Assembly (NCBI GenBank): GCA_035503015.1
Contig: DATJTU010000118.1
Location: 573-64,572 of the forward strand
Length of the DNA stretch: 64,000 nt
Source of the DNA: Acidimicrobiales bacterium
GTDB lineage: Bacteria; Actinomycetota; Acidimicrobiia; Acidimicrobiales; RAAP-2
Direction: 5' to 3'
Shown here: one piece after another, positions 26,820 through 35,104 of the stretch
Layout of the letters: every line of letters starts with the position of its first letter
Position numbering within the stretch: position 1 is the first letter of the stretch
Made by a program: the position numbers and the translations under genes
The notes under the pieces: generated by a model
Told to the model about the DNA's origin: nothing
What the model saw: the letters and a program-made list of their open reading frames with translations, nothing else
Databases searched by the model: none

Positions 26820-27914
26820 TCAGGCGCCCGGACGGTGCGCCACGATGAACCAGCCCGAGTCGTCACGGGCCGAGTCGACGACGAGGCCGGTCTCCGTGAA
26901 CCACGGCTCGAGCTCCGACCAGGTGAACCGGTGCTCGATCGGCGCGCTCAGGCGGTCGAACGTGTCAAGCTCCAGGCTGCGGAACGGCTTGTCCCGATAG
27001 GTGCCCATGGGGAGCGCCGACAGGGCGCCGACCCCAAGGGCGTCGCCGACCCGCCCCGGCACGACGATGCCCAGTACGAGGAGCGCGGCGATCGGGGTGC
27101 AGAGGGGGCGCAGGATGCGGTGCGGAAGCCGCACCGTGAGCCGGCGTAGTGCCGCCGCCGCGGCAAGACCGAACCCGCGTGCACAGGCCTGTTCGGGCCG
27201 GCTGTAGAGGTACAGAGAGAGGAGTCCTCCGGGTGCGAGGAGCCTGAGGAGCGCATCGAAGCCCGATCTCGGGTCCTCCAGGTGGTGGAGCACGCCGAAG
27301 GAGGCGATGAAGCCGAAGCTACCGTCGGCGAAGGGAGCATGCCGGAGATCCGCGCGCACGACGACCGCGTTGGTCGTCTGGTTGAGGTTGCGCGCCGCGC
27401 TGACGACAGCGTCCGAACCGTCCAACCCCACGATCGCTTCGAGGTGCGGCGCCAAGAAGCGGGTATAGCGGCCCCGCCCGCACCCGGCGTCGAGCCCCAC
27501 CGAGCCGCTGAGCCGCGTTGTGTCGAGATCACGCAGATAGTGGTCCGCGTAGTCCTCGTCCTCCTCGCGGCTCTCGGAGAACGTCGTCCACTCGTAGCCG
27601 AAGCTGGCAAACGTTCTGGCCGTGTCCGCACTCAGTGCGGTCGTCCGCCCGGCGTGACCTTCCGAGGCGTCGAGGTACCCGTCGGTGACATCGAACGTGT
27701 GGTCACGCGCGCAACGGAGGCCACTGGGGTCCTTCACCACGCTTGCCTGGCAGACCGGACACCGCAGCCGTGCCGCGAGTTCGGCGAGCGTCGGCTCATC
27801 TGCGCCGAGCGTCGACGCCAGAGAGCCAGACGCGGGGTCGACTACTTCGCCTGGTTGGCGGACGAGTTCCGCGCCGGATGCGGCACCGGAGCGGGCCGGA
27901 GGGTCCGGGCTCAT
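26820..27914 (-). CDS. SAM-dependent methyltransferase with an N-terminal zinc-ribbon-like motif and a hydrophobic C-terminal segment
   Basis: LRCPVCQASV...LRCARDHTF (Cys/His ribbon). Motif I GLDAGCGRGRYT. Hydrophobic segment PIAALLVLGIVVPGRVGDALGVGALSAL. Confidence 0.75.
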   Translation of the reverse strand: MSPDPPARSGAASGAELVRQPGEVVDPASGSLASTLGADEPTLAELAARLRCPVCQASVVKDPSGLRCARDHTFDVTDGYLDASEGHAGRTTALSADTARTFASFGYEWTTFSESREEDEDYADHYLRDLDTTRLSGSVGLDAGCGRGRYTRFLAPHLEAIVGLDGSDAVVSAARNLNQTTNAVVVRADLRHAPFADGSFGFIASFGVLHHLEDPRSGFDALLRLLAPGGLLSLYLYSRPEQACARGFGLAAAAALRRLTVRLPHRILRPLCTPIAALLVLGIVVPGRVGDALGVGALSALPMGTYRDKPFRSLELDTFDRLSAPIEHRFTWSELEPWFTETGLVVDSARDDSGWFIVAHRPGA

Positions 27915-27931
27915 TGGTAGCCTCTTCGTCC

Positions 27932-28963
27932 GTGCCGGATGTGCGCGGGCCCGGAGCGCTGGTGATCTCGCTCGATTTCGAGCTCCACTGGGGCATGCGC
28001 GATCACACCACAGTCGACCCCTCGGTCAGCCGGTCGTTGGTGACCAGCCGCTCCGAGGTGCTGAACCTCGCGGCGCTCTTCGCACAACGAGGCGTCCGCG
28101 CCACCTGGGCTACCGTCGGCTTGCTCTTCGCCACCTCGGGGGCCGAAGCAAAGGCCCTCAGCCCCTCGGATCGCCCGGCGTACCGAGATCCCCGCCTCGA
28201 TCCCTACACCGAGCCGATCGGCGCCACCGAAGAGGAGGACCCGCTGCACCTTGCTGGCTCGCTGGTGGACAGCCTGGCAAGGACCGAGGGCCAGGAGCTG
28301 GGATCGCACACCTTCTCTCACTACTACTGCCTCGAGCCGTTCGGACCACTCGAGCGCAACGACGCCGCCCCGGGCGCTCGCGCCGTCGCCTTCAGGGCCG
28401 ACCTCGAGGCGGCTCAGGCGGCGGCGGCCAGAAAGGGTGTGCGTCTGCGGTCGCTGGTTCTGCCACGGAACCAGTGGGACCAGGCTCTCGCCCCTGTGCT
28501 CGTAGAAACCGGCTTCGAGTGTTACCGCGGGCCGCAACCTGGCTGGGCCCATCGGTCGCGACCCGGGGCGGACTCGGGGCTGGCGGTGCGTGCCGCCCGC
28601 CTCGCCTCCACCTGGGCCGGACCCGCCGTCCCGACGTTCGCGTGGACCGAGCTCGTAGAACCATCGGGCCTGCACAACATCCCGGCCAGCGCCTTCCTGC
28701 GTCCTTGGTCCCCCTCGACCAAAGCGCTGCAGTCCCTGCAGGACGGCCGCATCACCAAGGCGCTTCGTGACGCGGCCCAGAGGGGACGTGTGGTCCACCT
28801 CTGGTGGCACCCGCACAATTTCGCGGCCCACCCCGCCGAGAACGTCGCACGGCTCCACCGGCTCCTCGACGAGGTCGACCGTCTGCGCGCGAGTGACGGC
28901 ATGGTCTCGCTGGCGATGGGCGACGCCAGCGACATGGCGAGGGGTGAGCAACCCGCCGCCTGA
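27932..28963 (+). CDS. Polysaccharide deacetylase-like protein
   Basis: Blocks ALVISLDFELHWG and GSHTFSHYYC, plus WWHPHNF, as in deacetylases associated with EPS loci. A GTG start at 27932 is proposed (the ORF track gives 27743, which overlaps the divergent gene). Confidence 0.65.
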   Translation: MPDVRGPGALVISLDFELHWGMRDHTTVDPSVSRSLVTSRSEVLNLAALFAQRGVRATWATVGLLFATSGAEAKALSPSDRPAYRDPRLDPYTEPIGATEEEDPLHLAGSLVDSLARTEGQELGSHTFSHYYCLEPFGPLERNDAAPGARAVAFRADLEAAQAAAARKGVRLRSLVLPRNQWDQALAPVLVETGFECYRGPQPGWAHRSRPGADSGLAVRAARLASTWAGPAVPTFAWTELVEPSGLHNIPASAFLRPWSPSTKALQSLQDGRITKALRDAAQRGRVVHLWWHPHNFAAHPAENVARLHRLLDEVDRLRASDGMVSLAMGDASDMARGEQPAA

Positions 28964-29009
28964 CCACCTGGGCGCGGTTGGACTCTGCACTCGACGCCTC
29001 ATCGACACA

Positions 29010-29032
29010 CCGCACGTAAAGAGTCCGTGCGG
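29010..29032. terminator. Weak stem-loop between convergent genes
   Basis: ccgcacg-taaagagtc-cgtgcgg forms a 7-bp stem with a 9-nt loop in the 77-nt convergent gap. Confidence 0.25.
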
Positions 29033-29040
29033 GCAGTGCG

Positions 29041-29919
29041 TCACGTGGTGAGCGATGAGATCGGTGTCGCGTTCTTCGGCGCAATGGGATCCACCTTCTG
29101 GTTCCATTTGCCGTAGACCGCAGCAATCCGCTCGGTCGTCTCTCCCCGCGGCGTCTTGACCACCAGGGTCGAGCTCAGCGGAAGGTAGGGCGCTGCGGTC
29201 GAGACGAAGATCGTGGCAGTGCCGGTGTTGCCGGCCGCGACCGATCCGTCCGGGCTTCCTGCCACGGCCACCGCGTTCTTTCCCCCGATCGAGGTGATCC
29301 CGGCCACGTGCAGACCGGGGTCGTTGGGCACGAACTGCGCGATGGCCTGGGTGGGCGTCAGCGTGTCCACGACACCCTGGTAAGCGGCGTCTCCATCCTT
29401 CAGGGAGATCCACTTCCCGGCGTTCGCCGCCGCGACGCTCGCCGAGAGCTTGAATGCCTGCTCGAGCACCGCCGCTCCGGCGCGGACGTACGCCACATGG
29501 TCGACCAGGATGGCCTGGATCACTGGGCTCCCATTGGCCGTGACGTTCTCCGCAGCAGATCCGTCACGGCTCGAGGCACCTGACTCGATGGTCGTGGTCT
29601 TGCCCGACACGGTCTTCGTGACGAAGCTCACGGACCGCTGTGCATGGAAGGCGACGACGGAGCGGGACACGATCCCTGTCGCCGTCTTCCCCGCGAGTGC
29701 CCCTTCGGAGGGTCCAGAGGAACCGCACGCTGCGGCGGTCACCGCGAGCACAGCGATGACGGAGAGCCCCACAGCCGGGACCCGACGACGTGATTTCGAG
29801 GGTTTGATCGAGTGAATCTCTGTACTCCGAGGGCGAGGGGCCGGCTTCGACCGCCCAGCGCGGCCTAGGGACACGGCGACCTCACGGCTGTGCCCCCGTC
29901 GTCGTGGTGGAGCTGGCAC
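29041..29919 (-). CDS. Lipoprotein (lipobox LAVTAAAC), possibly a LolA/LprG-like fold
   Basis: KSRRRVPAVGLSVIAVLAVTAAACGSSG gives a basic n-region, an h-region and a Cys. The mature part is beta-rich. The start is uncertain (ATG 29919 overlaps the GH18 end, and an internal GTG is possible). The fold assignment is only an impression. Confidence 0.55.
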   Translation of the reverse strand: MPAPPRRRGHSREVAVSLGRAGRSKPAPRPRSTEIHSIKPSKSRRRVPAVGLSVIAVLAVTAAACGSSGPSEGALAGKTATGIVSRSVVAFHAQRSVSFVTKTVSGKTTTIESGASSRDGSAAENVTANGSPVIQAILVDHVAYVRAGAAVLEQAFKLSASVAAANAGKWISLKDGDAAYQGVVDTLTPTQAIAQFVPNDPGLHVAGITSIGGKNAVAVAGSPDGSVAAGNTGTATIFVSTAAPYLPLSSTLVVKTPRGETTERIAAVYGKWNQKVDPIAPKNATPISSLTT

Positions 29920-31648
29920 CGGTGTTCCCCGTTCCTCCCGTGGTGCTGGGCGTGGTCGTTGTCGACTGCTTCGGTCCTGAGGTCGTCGTCGCGATCGACG
30001 TCGATGTCGTGGTCGTGCGCTTCGGGGCGGTCGTGGGTGCCGCAGTCGTCGTGGTCGTCGTGGCCTTCGCTGCGCGGCTCTTGTGCTTGTGGGCGCCCGT
30101 CGTCGTGGTGGTCGTCACAGGCGATCCGGAGTTGCCCGCCTGCTGGAACCCGGGGACTTGGCTGGTGTTCCCTGGCGCGGACGGCCCCACTGGCGGCGTC
30201 CGCAACGGCGAGGTGCCGCCGTCGAGGGCAGCCAGTACGGAGTCGTCATTGCCCTCCATGCCCAACGCCCACGCGCCGACGCCGAGCAGCTGCGATCCCG
30301 TGGCCTGCTGGACCTTGGCTGCCAGCGTGTTGATGTTGTCGAAGAAGACCTGATGCCACTGGCCACCCGTTTGGTAGGACGTCCACGCCGTCTGCGTTGC
30401 TGCGTCCCAATAGGTGGGTCCGGATGCCATGGCCTGGGCGTAGGTCACTGCCTGCGACGGACCCGTCGCCGCGTCGCCGAGAGCGGGACCGGTGGTCGGT
30501 TCGTCGTAACCGAAGAGTGGCAGTCCGAGGATGACCTTGGAGGCGCCGGCTGCGGCTGTGTACTGGGCGATGTAGCTCGCGTCCGCGTCGCCGGCGTTCC
30601 CGTTGCCCTGGGCCGGGCCCACGTTCACGTCGTACGCCATGACGAAGAAGGCGTCGACCCACTTGCTGAGGCCGGCGATGTCGTAGAAGCCCGAGGAGTC
30701 GCCGGCTGACGAGGCGTAGGTCGCCATCGTGAGCTGGTAGTGCTGGTTGGTGGCGTGCAGCATGAAGTCGACCTGCGACACCAGGTTGTCGAGGCCCGCC
30801 TGATCACCGTCATCGGTCCCCTCGAGATCGAGGTTCACCCCGTCGAGGTTCTTCTCCTTCACGAGTTCGGTCAGCTGCTTGCCGAGTGTGACGCCTGCGT
30901 TGGGATCGTGGGTGAGCGCGTCGAGTGACGAGTTGGAGAAGTCGGTCGCGGTCAAGACCACTCGGTCGCCCGCCTGGTGCGCCGCGTTCACCAGGTTTGT
31001 GAGGTCCTGACTCTCGTATCCGTTCCAGCCTGGTCCCGACTCTTGGATCGAGCCGTCGGGGTTCACGTCGACGCTGAAGTACGCGATAGTCGAGAAGTCG
31101 GTGACCGGGAACTGTGATGCCTGCGGGAGCGACCAATACGGCACGTACCCGAACACTTCGTGCGCCGACGTCGGCGCGGCCTGTGCAACCTGCGGCGGCA
31201 CCGGATTCGGTGCCGACGACGCCGGCGCGAGGTGCAGGTTGCCATGGCCGTTGATGAAGCGGTCAGCTGTGGGGGTGGCCGACACCCGAACGTGTGCGGG
31301 AGGCGCGCCTCCGCTCGTCGCCATCGTCAAGCCAGCGGCCACGGTCGCACTCAGCACGACGAGGCTTCCCATGGCAATGGCAACCTTGCGCGGCGACACT
31401 CGCTCGCGCTTGATGACGGGGGCTTCGGACTGTCGATCGGCCTGCTGCTCTAGATCGCGGTAGGACGAGACCGAAGCCAACACGTCACCCGCGCTGGCCG
31501 CGGGCCCTGCCCCCTGTGGGTTCGGGTCGGTGTAGATCGCAGTCAGTGAGATGGACTCGAGCAGATTGACGGTGTCAGGCGCGACCGCGTCGGCGGCCTG
31601 CTTCTTCGCGAACGGCCCTCGCCGCCCCGTCTCTCGCCGTCTCCGCAT
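29882..31648 (-). CDS. Membrane-anchored glycoside hydrolase family 18 domain protein with a Thr-rich tail
   Basis: N-terminal TM VAIAMGSLVVLSATVAAGL. GH18 barrel blocks FGYVPYWS and LDGVNLDLEG (a DxxDxDxE variant with Asn at the second Asp), then FFVMAYD and VGAWALGME. The C-terminal ~80 aa are Thr-rich. Confidence 0.8.
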   Translation of the reverse strand: MRRRRETGRRGPFAKKQAADAVAPDTVNLLESISLTAIYTDPNPQGAGPAASAGDVLASVSSYRDLEQQADRQSEAPVIKRERVSPRKVAIAMGSLVVLSATVAAGLTMATSGGAPPAHVRVSATPTADRFINGHGNLHLAPASSAPNPVPPQVAQAAPTSAHEVFGYVPYWSLPQASQFPVTDFSTIAYFSVDVNPDGSIQESGPGWNGYESQDLTNLVNAAHQAGDRVVLTATDFSNSSLDALTHDPNAGVTLGKQLTELVKEKNLDGVNLDLEGTDDGDQAGLDNLVSQVDFMLHATNQHYQLTMATYASSAGDSSGFYDIAGLSKWVDAFFVMAYDVNVGPAQGNGNAGDADASYIAQYTAAAGASKVILGLPLFGYDEPTTGPALGDAATGPSQAVTYAQAMASGPTYWDAATQTAWTSYQTGGQWHQVFFDNINTLAAKVQQATGSQLLGVGAWALGMEGNDDSVLAALDGGTSPLRTPPVGPSAPGNTSQVPGFQQAGNSGSPVTTTTTTGAHKHKSRAAKATTTTTTAAPTTAPKRTTTTSTSIATTTSGPKQSTTTTPSTTGGTGNTGASSTTTTGAQP

Positions 31649-31840
31649 CGTCTGCGTGCCCTCCGTCTGGCACTGCCGCGCCGGTGTGACGCTCCGGGCG
31701 GACGCACCCCTGCGCCCGAGCCCGCGGCAGGAGGAATCCCGCCGCGGGTGAGGGCTTGTGCGCGGGCAGAGGCTAGGTCGAAGAGGTGAACCGAGTGCAA
31801 CATCGGCGTAACACCCAGATGAACACTGGGAAGCGCCTGG

Positions 31841-32713
31841 TCAGCTCGGATCAGCGCCGTTCACGTGCAGGCGGGCGATCGCCTCGTCGAGCTCGGAGAG
31901 CAAGGCCGTGAAGGCGGCGTCGTCGATGTCCAGTGGCGTCCGGACCGCCCGTGCCGCCGTGCCAAGCACGCGCGCACCGTGGACGTCGCCGGACGCAGCC
32001 GCGAGGAGCGCGAGCATCAGCACGGCCATGATTGCGCCGCCTTGCGTGGTCCCAGTGCGATCGTGATCGGGAATGCGGGAGAAGGCCTCCATCGCCCGCT
32101 GGGCGCTCTCCACGGCTTCTCCGGCACGGCCCTGCCGGAACCGCAAGAGCGCCTCCGTGGTCTCCACGTAGGGACTGCCGGGGGCGACGCCCCGAGCCAA
32201 GGCGACGTGACGTTCTGCGTCGGCGAGCACGAAGGGATCGTCCAGCCGGGACCTATGCCCGAGGTCACCGTGCACGAGGAGGCACCAGGCGCGGGCGTTG
32301 GCCAACATCGCCCGCTCTTCGGTCGAGAGATCCTGCCGTGGATCTCCCGTCGGGGTTACCTCGAGCGCTTTACGGGCCAGGCCCATGCCGTCGATGCGTT
32401 GGTAGGAGCTCGTGCCGAGCATCAGCATGGACGCCAACGAGACATCGCGGCGCGCTGCCTCGCTTTGCTCACTGAGCTCCGAAGGCCCGAACCAGTCCTC
32501 TTCGGGCGCCGGCACGACGGCTGACCACGTCGACTCGCCCGCTCCGCTGTCCGGCGCCTGCGCGCCCGCCTGCGTCGACCGGTCTTCCGACGTTTCGGAA
32601 TGGCCGGCGCCGCTGAGCGACTGGGTCGTTCCGTCTAGTTCCGGTACGTCCTCGCTGGAGTCGGTTGTCAGTTCGGGCGAGTCGCGCCGGCGCCGCCGCA
32701 CGTGCTTTGCCAC
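31841..32713 (-). CDS. Hypothetical protein (acidic disordered N-terminus, helical-repeat C-terminus)
   Basis: 290-aa ORF with protein-like composition. No family recognised. Confidence 0.45.
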   Translation of the reverse strand: MAKHVRRRRRDSPELTTDSSEDVPELDGTTQSLSGAGHSETSEDRSTQAGAQAPDSGAGESTWSAVVPAPEEDWFGPSELSEQSEAARRDVSLASMLMLGTSSYQRIDGMGLARKALEVTPTGDPRQDLSTEERAMLANARAWCLLVHGDLGHRSRLDDPFVLADAERHVALARGVAPGSPYVETTEALLRFRQGRAGEAVESAQRAMEAFSRIPDHDRTGTTQGGAIMAVLMLALLAAASGDVHGARVLGTAARAVRTPLDIDDAAFTALLSELDEAIARLHVNGADPS

Positions 32714-32813
32714 GGCGAGAGAGCCTAACCGTCACCGCCTGTCCTCTTGGTCGCATCCACTGCCGTGCGCCGCTGGACGAACCCTCCGCGGGAACCACGA
32801 CGCCGTGACGCGC

Positions 32814-32843
32814 AACGACCCGGCCCAAGCGGGCCGGGTCGTT
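32814..32843 (-). terminator. Perfect 13-bp hairpin, candidate intrinsic terminator
   Basis: aacgacccggccc-aagc-gggccgggtcgtt, downstream of the 32936..34864 gene and upstream of the next minus-strand start (32713). Confidence 0.55.
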
Positions 32844-32876
32844 GCCGTGAATCCGTTTGCTACTCGGATGGCCGGC

Positions 32877-32905
32877 CCCGGGCTGTGGGAAACCCGCAGC
32901 CCGGG
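32877..32905 (-). terminator. 13-bp hairpin (one G-U), candidate intrinsic terminator
   Basis: cccgggctgtggg-aaa-cccgcagcccggg, 30 nt past the stop at 32936-32938. No U-tract follows, which is common in high-GC actinobacteria. Confidence 0.55.
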
Positions 32906-32935
32906 TGAGGACCGGCCTTCCGGTTACGTCAGGTA

Positions 32936-34864
32936 CTACTGGCCCTGCGGGCTGCCGTCCGTGGTCTCGGTGATGCAGTAACCAACCGGCGCCGTCGGGC
33001 TGGCCGTGACGGTGCTGAGGGTGGCGCTGTCATCCTCGGCCTGGTACGAGCCGCTGATCGCCGAGTTGTCGGTGTCGAGGTGGTCAGCCGAGAAGTTCCA
33101 CGGCGAGCCGCTCTCGTTGGCAGCGTTGTACTTGGAGGTGCTCAGCCCGTCGTTCCACGCCGGGTGCGGAATGCCGGTCGCTGTCGAGTTGTAGCCGGGG
33201 ACCGAGGTGTCGGTCTGGCCGTCCTCGACCTGCAGGTTCGGCAGCGGGAAGAAGCCCTGGTTCGTGATCGCCGTGTCGATCTCCGCCCGGTAGGTCAACC
33301 CGGTGTTCGGGTCGATCTCGGTGTTGGTCGCAGGCTTGCACATGAACCCGTCCTCACTGACGACGTTCAGGGCCGCAGGCGCGCTCGCCGGCAGGTTCGG
33401 GTTGTTGCCGTTCGAGTACACGTTGTACAGGAGGCGGTCACCCGGGAACTGGCTCCCCGTCAGGCCAGGCAGCTGCGAGTTGATGCTGGCCTGGTTGACG
33501 CTGACTCCGTTCCACGCCGTGCCGAGCTGGACTGCGTTCGGGACCGACGCGTTGGTCGAGGTGCCAGCGCAGAGCGGCAGCGTCGAGTTCTGCGTCGTGG
33601 TGTTCGGCGTGCACTCCTTCTGGTACTTCCCGTAGGAGAAGAAGAAGATCGCGTCGCCCACCGGAGCGCCGTGACCCGCGCCAGTGCCGTTGTTCCCGAG
33701 AATCGAGGAGGTCTCGTTCTCGAAGATGATCTGCTTGGCCGGCCAGTTGGAAGCGCTGGTCGGGAAGCTGGCCCCGGTCGCGCTCGCCCACGTGGACTCG
33801 GTACCCGAGCCGTTCTGCGCCCAGTAGGCGTAGATCGGCGTGTTCGGGCAGCTCGCGTCACTCGGGTCGAGGCTGTTCCAGGTCACGCTCGGCGTGCCGC
33901 TGCTGTAGGTCTCGTTCCAGATGCTCTTCAGCATGGCCGTCGTGATGTTGTTAGCCCCGATCGACGAGATGCACTTGTTGGCGTCGGTGTTCAAGCCGTT
34001 GTACTTCGTCCAGTAGAGGTAGCTCACCGCGTCCTCGGCGTAGGCGACGAAGTTCAAGCCCTGGTAGTCCCCACCGCTCTTGATGCTCGGTGCGCGAGAC
34101 GAACGAGCGACGTCGAGCGGCGAGACGTTCACCGGGCCAACGCCCGACGGGTCGTCGATGCCGTTCGAGTGGCCGACCGTGGTCGCGTTGCCGGTGCCCT
34201 CGAGCTCGTCGATGCCGTTGCCCGAGCCGTAGGAGGGCTCCTCAACGAGCACGTCGTTGAACGGGTTCTGCTGTCCCCACGTGAGGAAGCCGTTCTCACC
34301 CTGCTGGGGGTTGTAGTCGACTGTCAGCGTGTCACCCGTGGCGCTGCCCGTGGCGGCGATGCCGACCTTGAGCTTGCCCGTGGCGGCACCGAACGTCTTG
34401 ACCACGTCACCGGCCGGGATCACGCCGGCGCTGTCGGTGATCAGGGCGCCAGGGCCGATGTTGGTGTTTCCAGCGAGGCTGGACGCCACGAACTTCTTCG
34501 AACCGGCCGTGATGTTGGCGGTGGCCGTGACGGTCAGCCCTGCCGGCTGTGCCGCACCCTGCTCACCGTTGAGGCCCGGGCACCCGTAGTCGAGCGGCTG
34601 AGCGTTCGGCGAAGCCTGGCCGGCGAGGTCACAACCAGGGGACTGGTTGAAGATGTCCGACTCGGCCTGCATCAACAGGTACGCGGTGTTCGAGCCGCCC
34701 TGAACCACGAGGTAGTTCTGGGCGTTCGCGTTGTCCGCGTTCCCGTTGTTGACGTTCTGGGCGGCGAGGGCAGGACTGGCGAACCCGATCGCCAGCGCCG
34801 ACGCGCCCACCAGTGTGGCGCCGATCCGCAAAGAGCGGTGGCGCCCCAACAGCCTTTTCAGCAT
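32936..34864 (-). CDS. Secreted, highly divergent PstS-fold (PBP_like_2-type) substrate-binding-like protein
   Basis: Signal peptide ...GASALAIGFASPALAA. Degenerate PstS blocks QGGSNTAYLL, AQNGSGTESTWAS, GDAIFFFSYGKY, FPGDRLLYNVY and NQGFFPLP. A GGAG RBS precedes the ATG (aaggagacccatcaacATG). Confidence 0.6.
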   Translation of the reverse strand: MLKRLLGRHRSLRIGATLVGASALAIGFASPALAAQNVNNGNADNANAQNYLVVQGGSNTAYLLMQAESDIFNQSPGCDLAGQASPNAQPLDYGCPGLNGEQGAAQPAGLTVTATANITAGSKKFVASSLAGNTNIGPGALITDSAGVIPAGDVVKTFGAATGKLKVGIAATGSATGDTLTVDYNPQQGENGFLTWGQQNPFNDVLVEEPSYGSGNGIDELEGTGNATTVGHSNGIDDPSGVGPVNVSPLDVARSSRAPSIKSGGDYQGLNFVAYAEDAVSYLYWTKYNGLNTDANKCISSIGANNITTAMLKSIWNETYSSGTPSVTWNSLDPSDASCPNTPIYAYWAQNGSGTESTWASATGASFPTSASNWPAKQIIFENETSSILGNNGTGAGHGAPVGDAIFFFSYGKYQKECTPNTTTQNSTLPLCAGTSTNASVPNAVQLGTAWNGVSVNQASINSQLPGLTGSQFPGDRLLYNVYSNGNNPNLPASAPAALNVVSEDGFMCKPATNTEIDPNTGLTYRAEIDTAITNQGFFPLPNLQVEDGQTDTSVPGYNSTATGIPHPAWNDGLSTSKYNAANESGSPWNFSADHLDTDNSAISGSYQAEDDSATLSTVTASPTAPVGYCITETTDGSPQGQ

Positions 34865-35046
34865 GTTGATGGGTCTCCTTGTTGTCAGTTGTTCTCGGTC
34901 CGGCGCTCGCCGACCCGGCAGTCAAAGGGCTCCGCAGTACCACGCCTGATCCCTTCGCCGCCGCGCACCTTAGAAAACCCGAGTTAACGTTCCGTGAACG
35001 CAGTGCACACCCACAAAGAAATGTTCGTGTCTGTTTTCACATCACG

Positions 35047-35101
35047 ACCGGACGGTTACCGGGTGAATCTTCCGCGTCACTTCCGCGAACGATTGATGAA
35101 C
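35047..35101 (-). promoter_or_regulatory. Five consecutive 11-nt units (PHO-box-like periodicity)
   Basis: The minus strand reads GTTCATCAATC GTTCGCGGAAG TGACGCGGAAG ATTCACCCGGT AACCGTCCGGT. The units lie just after the lipoprotein stop (35105) and about 180-240 nt upstream of the ATG at 34864. Confidence 0.35.
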
Positions 35102-35104
35102 CGG

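Noticed and set aside
27915-27931. A 17-nt gap between the divergent methyltransferase and deacetylase starts (and, similarly, 18 nt at 47825-47842), as evidence for unusual overlapping promoters.
   Set aside because: Start codons on both sides are uncertain, with several in-frame GTG/ATG alternatives. The tiny gaps may be annotation artefacts.
27911-29413. 500-aa minus-strand ORF antisense to the deacetylase gene.
   Set aside because: Arg/Gly/Pro-rich composition, no motif, and overlap with two better-supported genes.
33080-34987. 635-aa plus-strand ORF antisense to the secreted PstS-fold gene.
   Set aside because: Arg/Val/Asp/Gly low-complexity translation. The minus strand has a signal peptide, an RBS and fold-level motifs.
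35047-35101. Calling the 11-nt array a bona fide PHO box / PhoP site.
   Set aside because: Only the periodicity and a partial TTC[AG] core match what I remember of the consensus. It is kept as a low-confidence candidate operator, not an assigned site.
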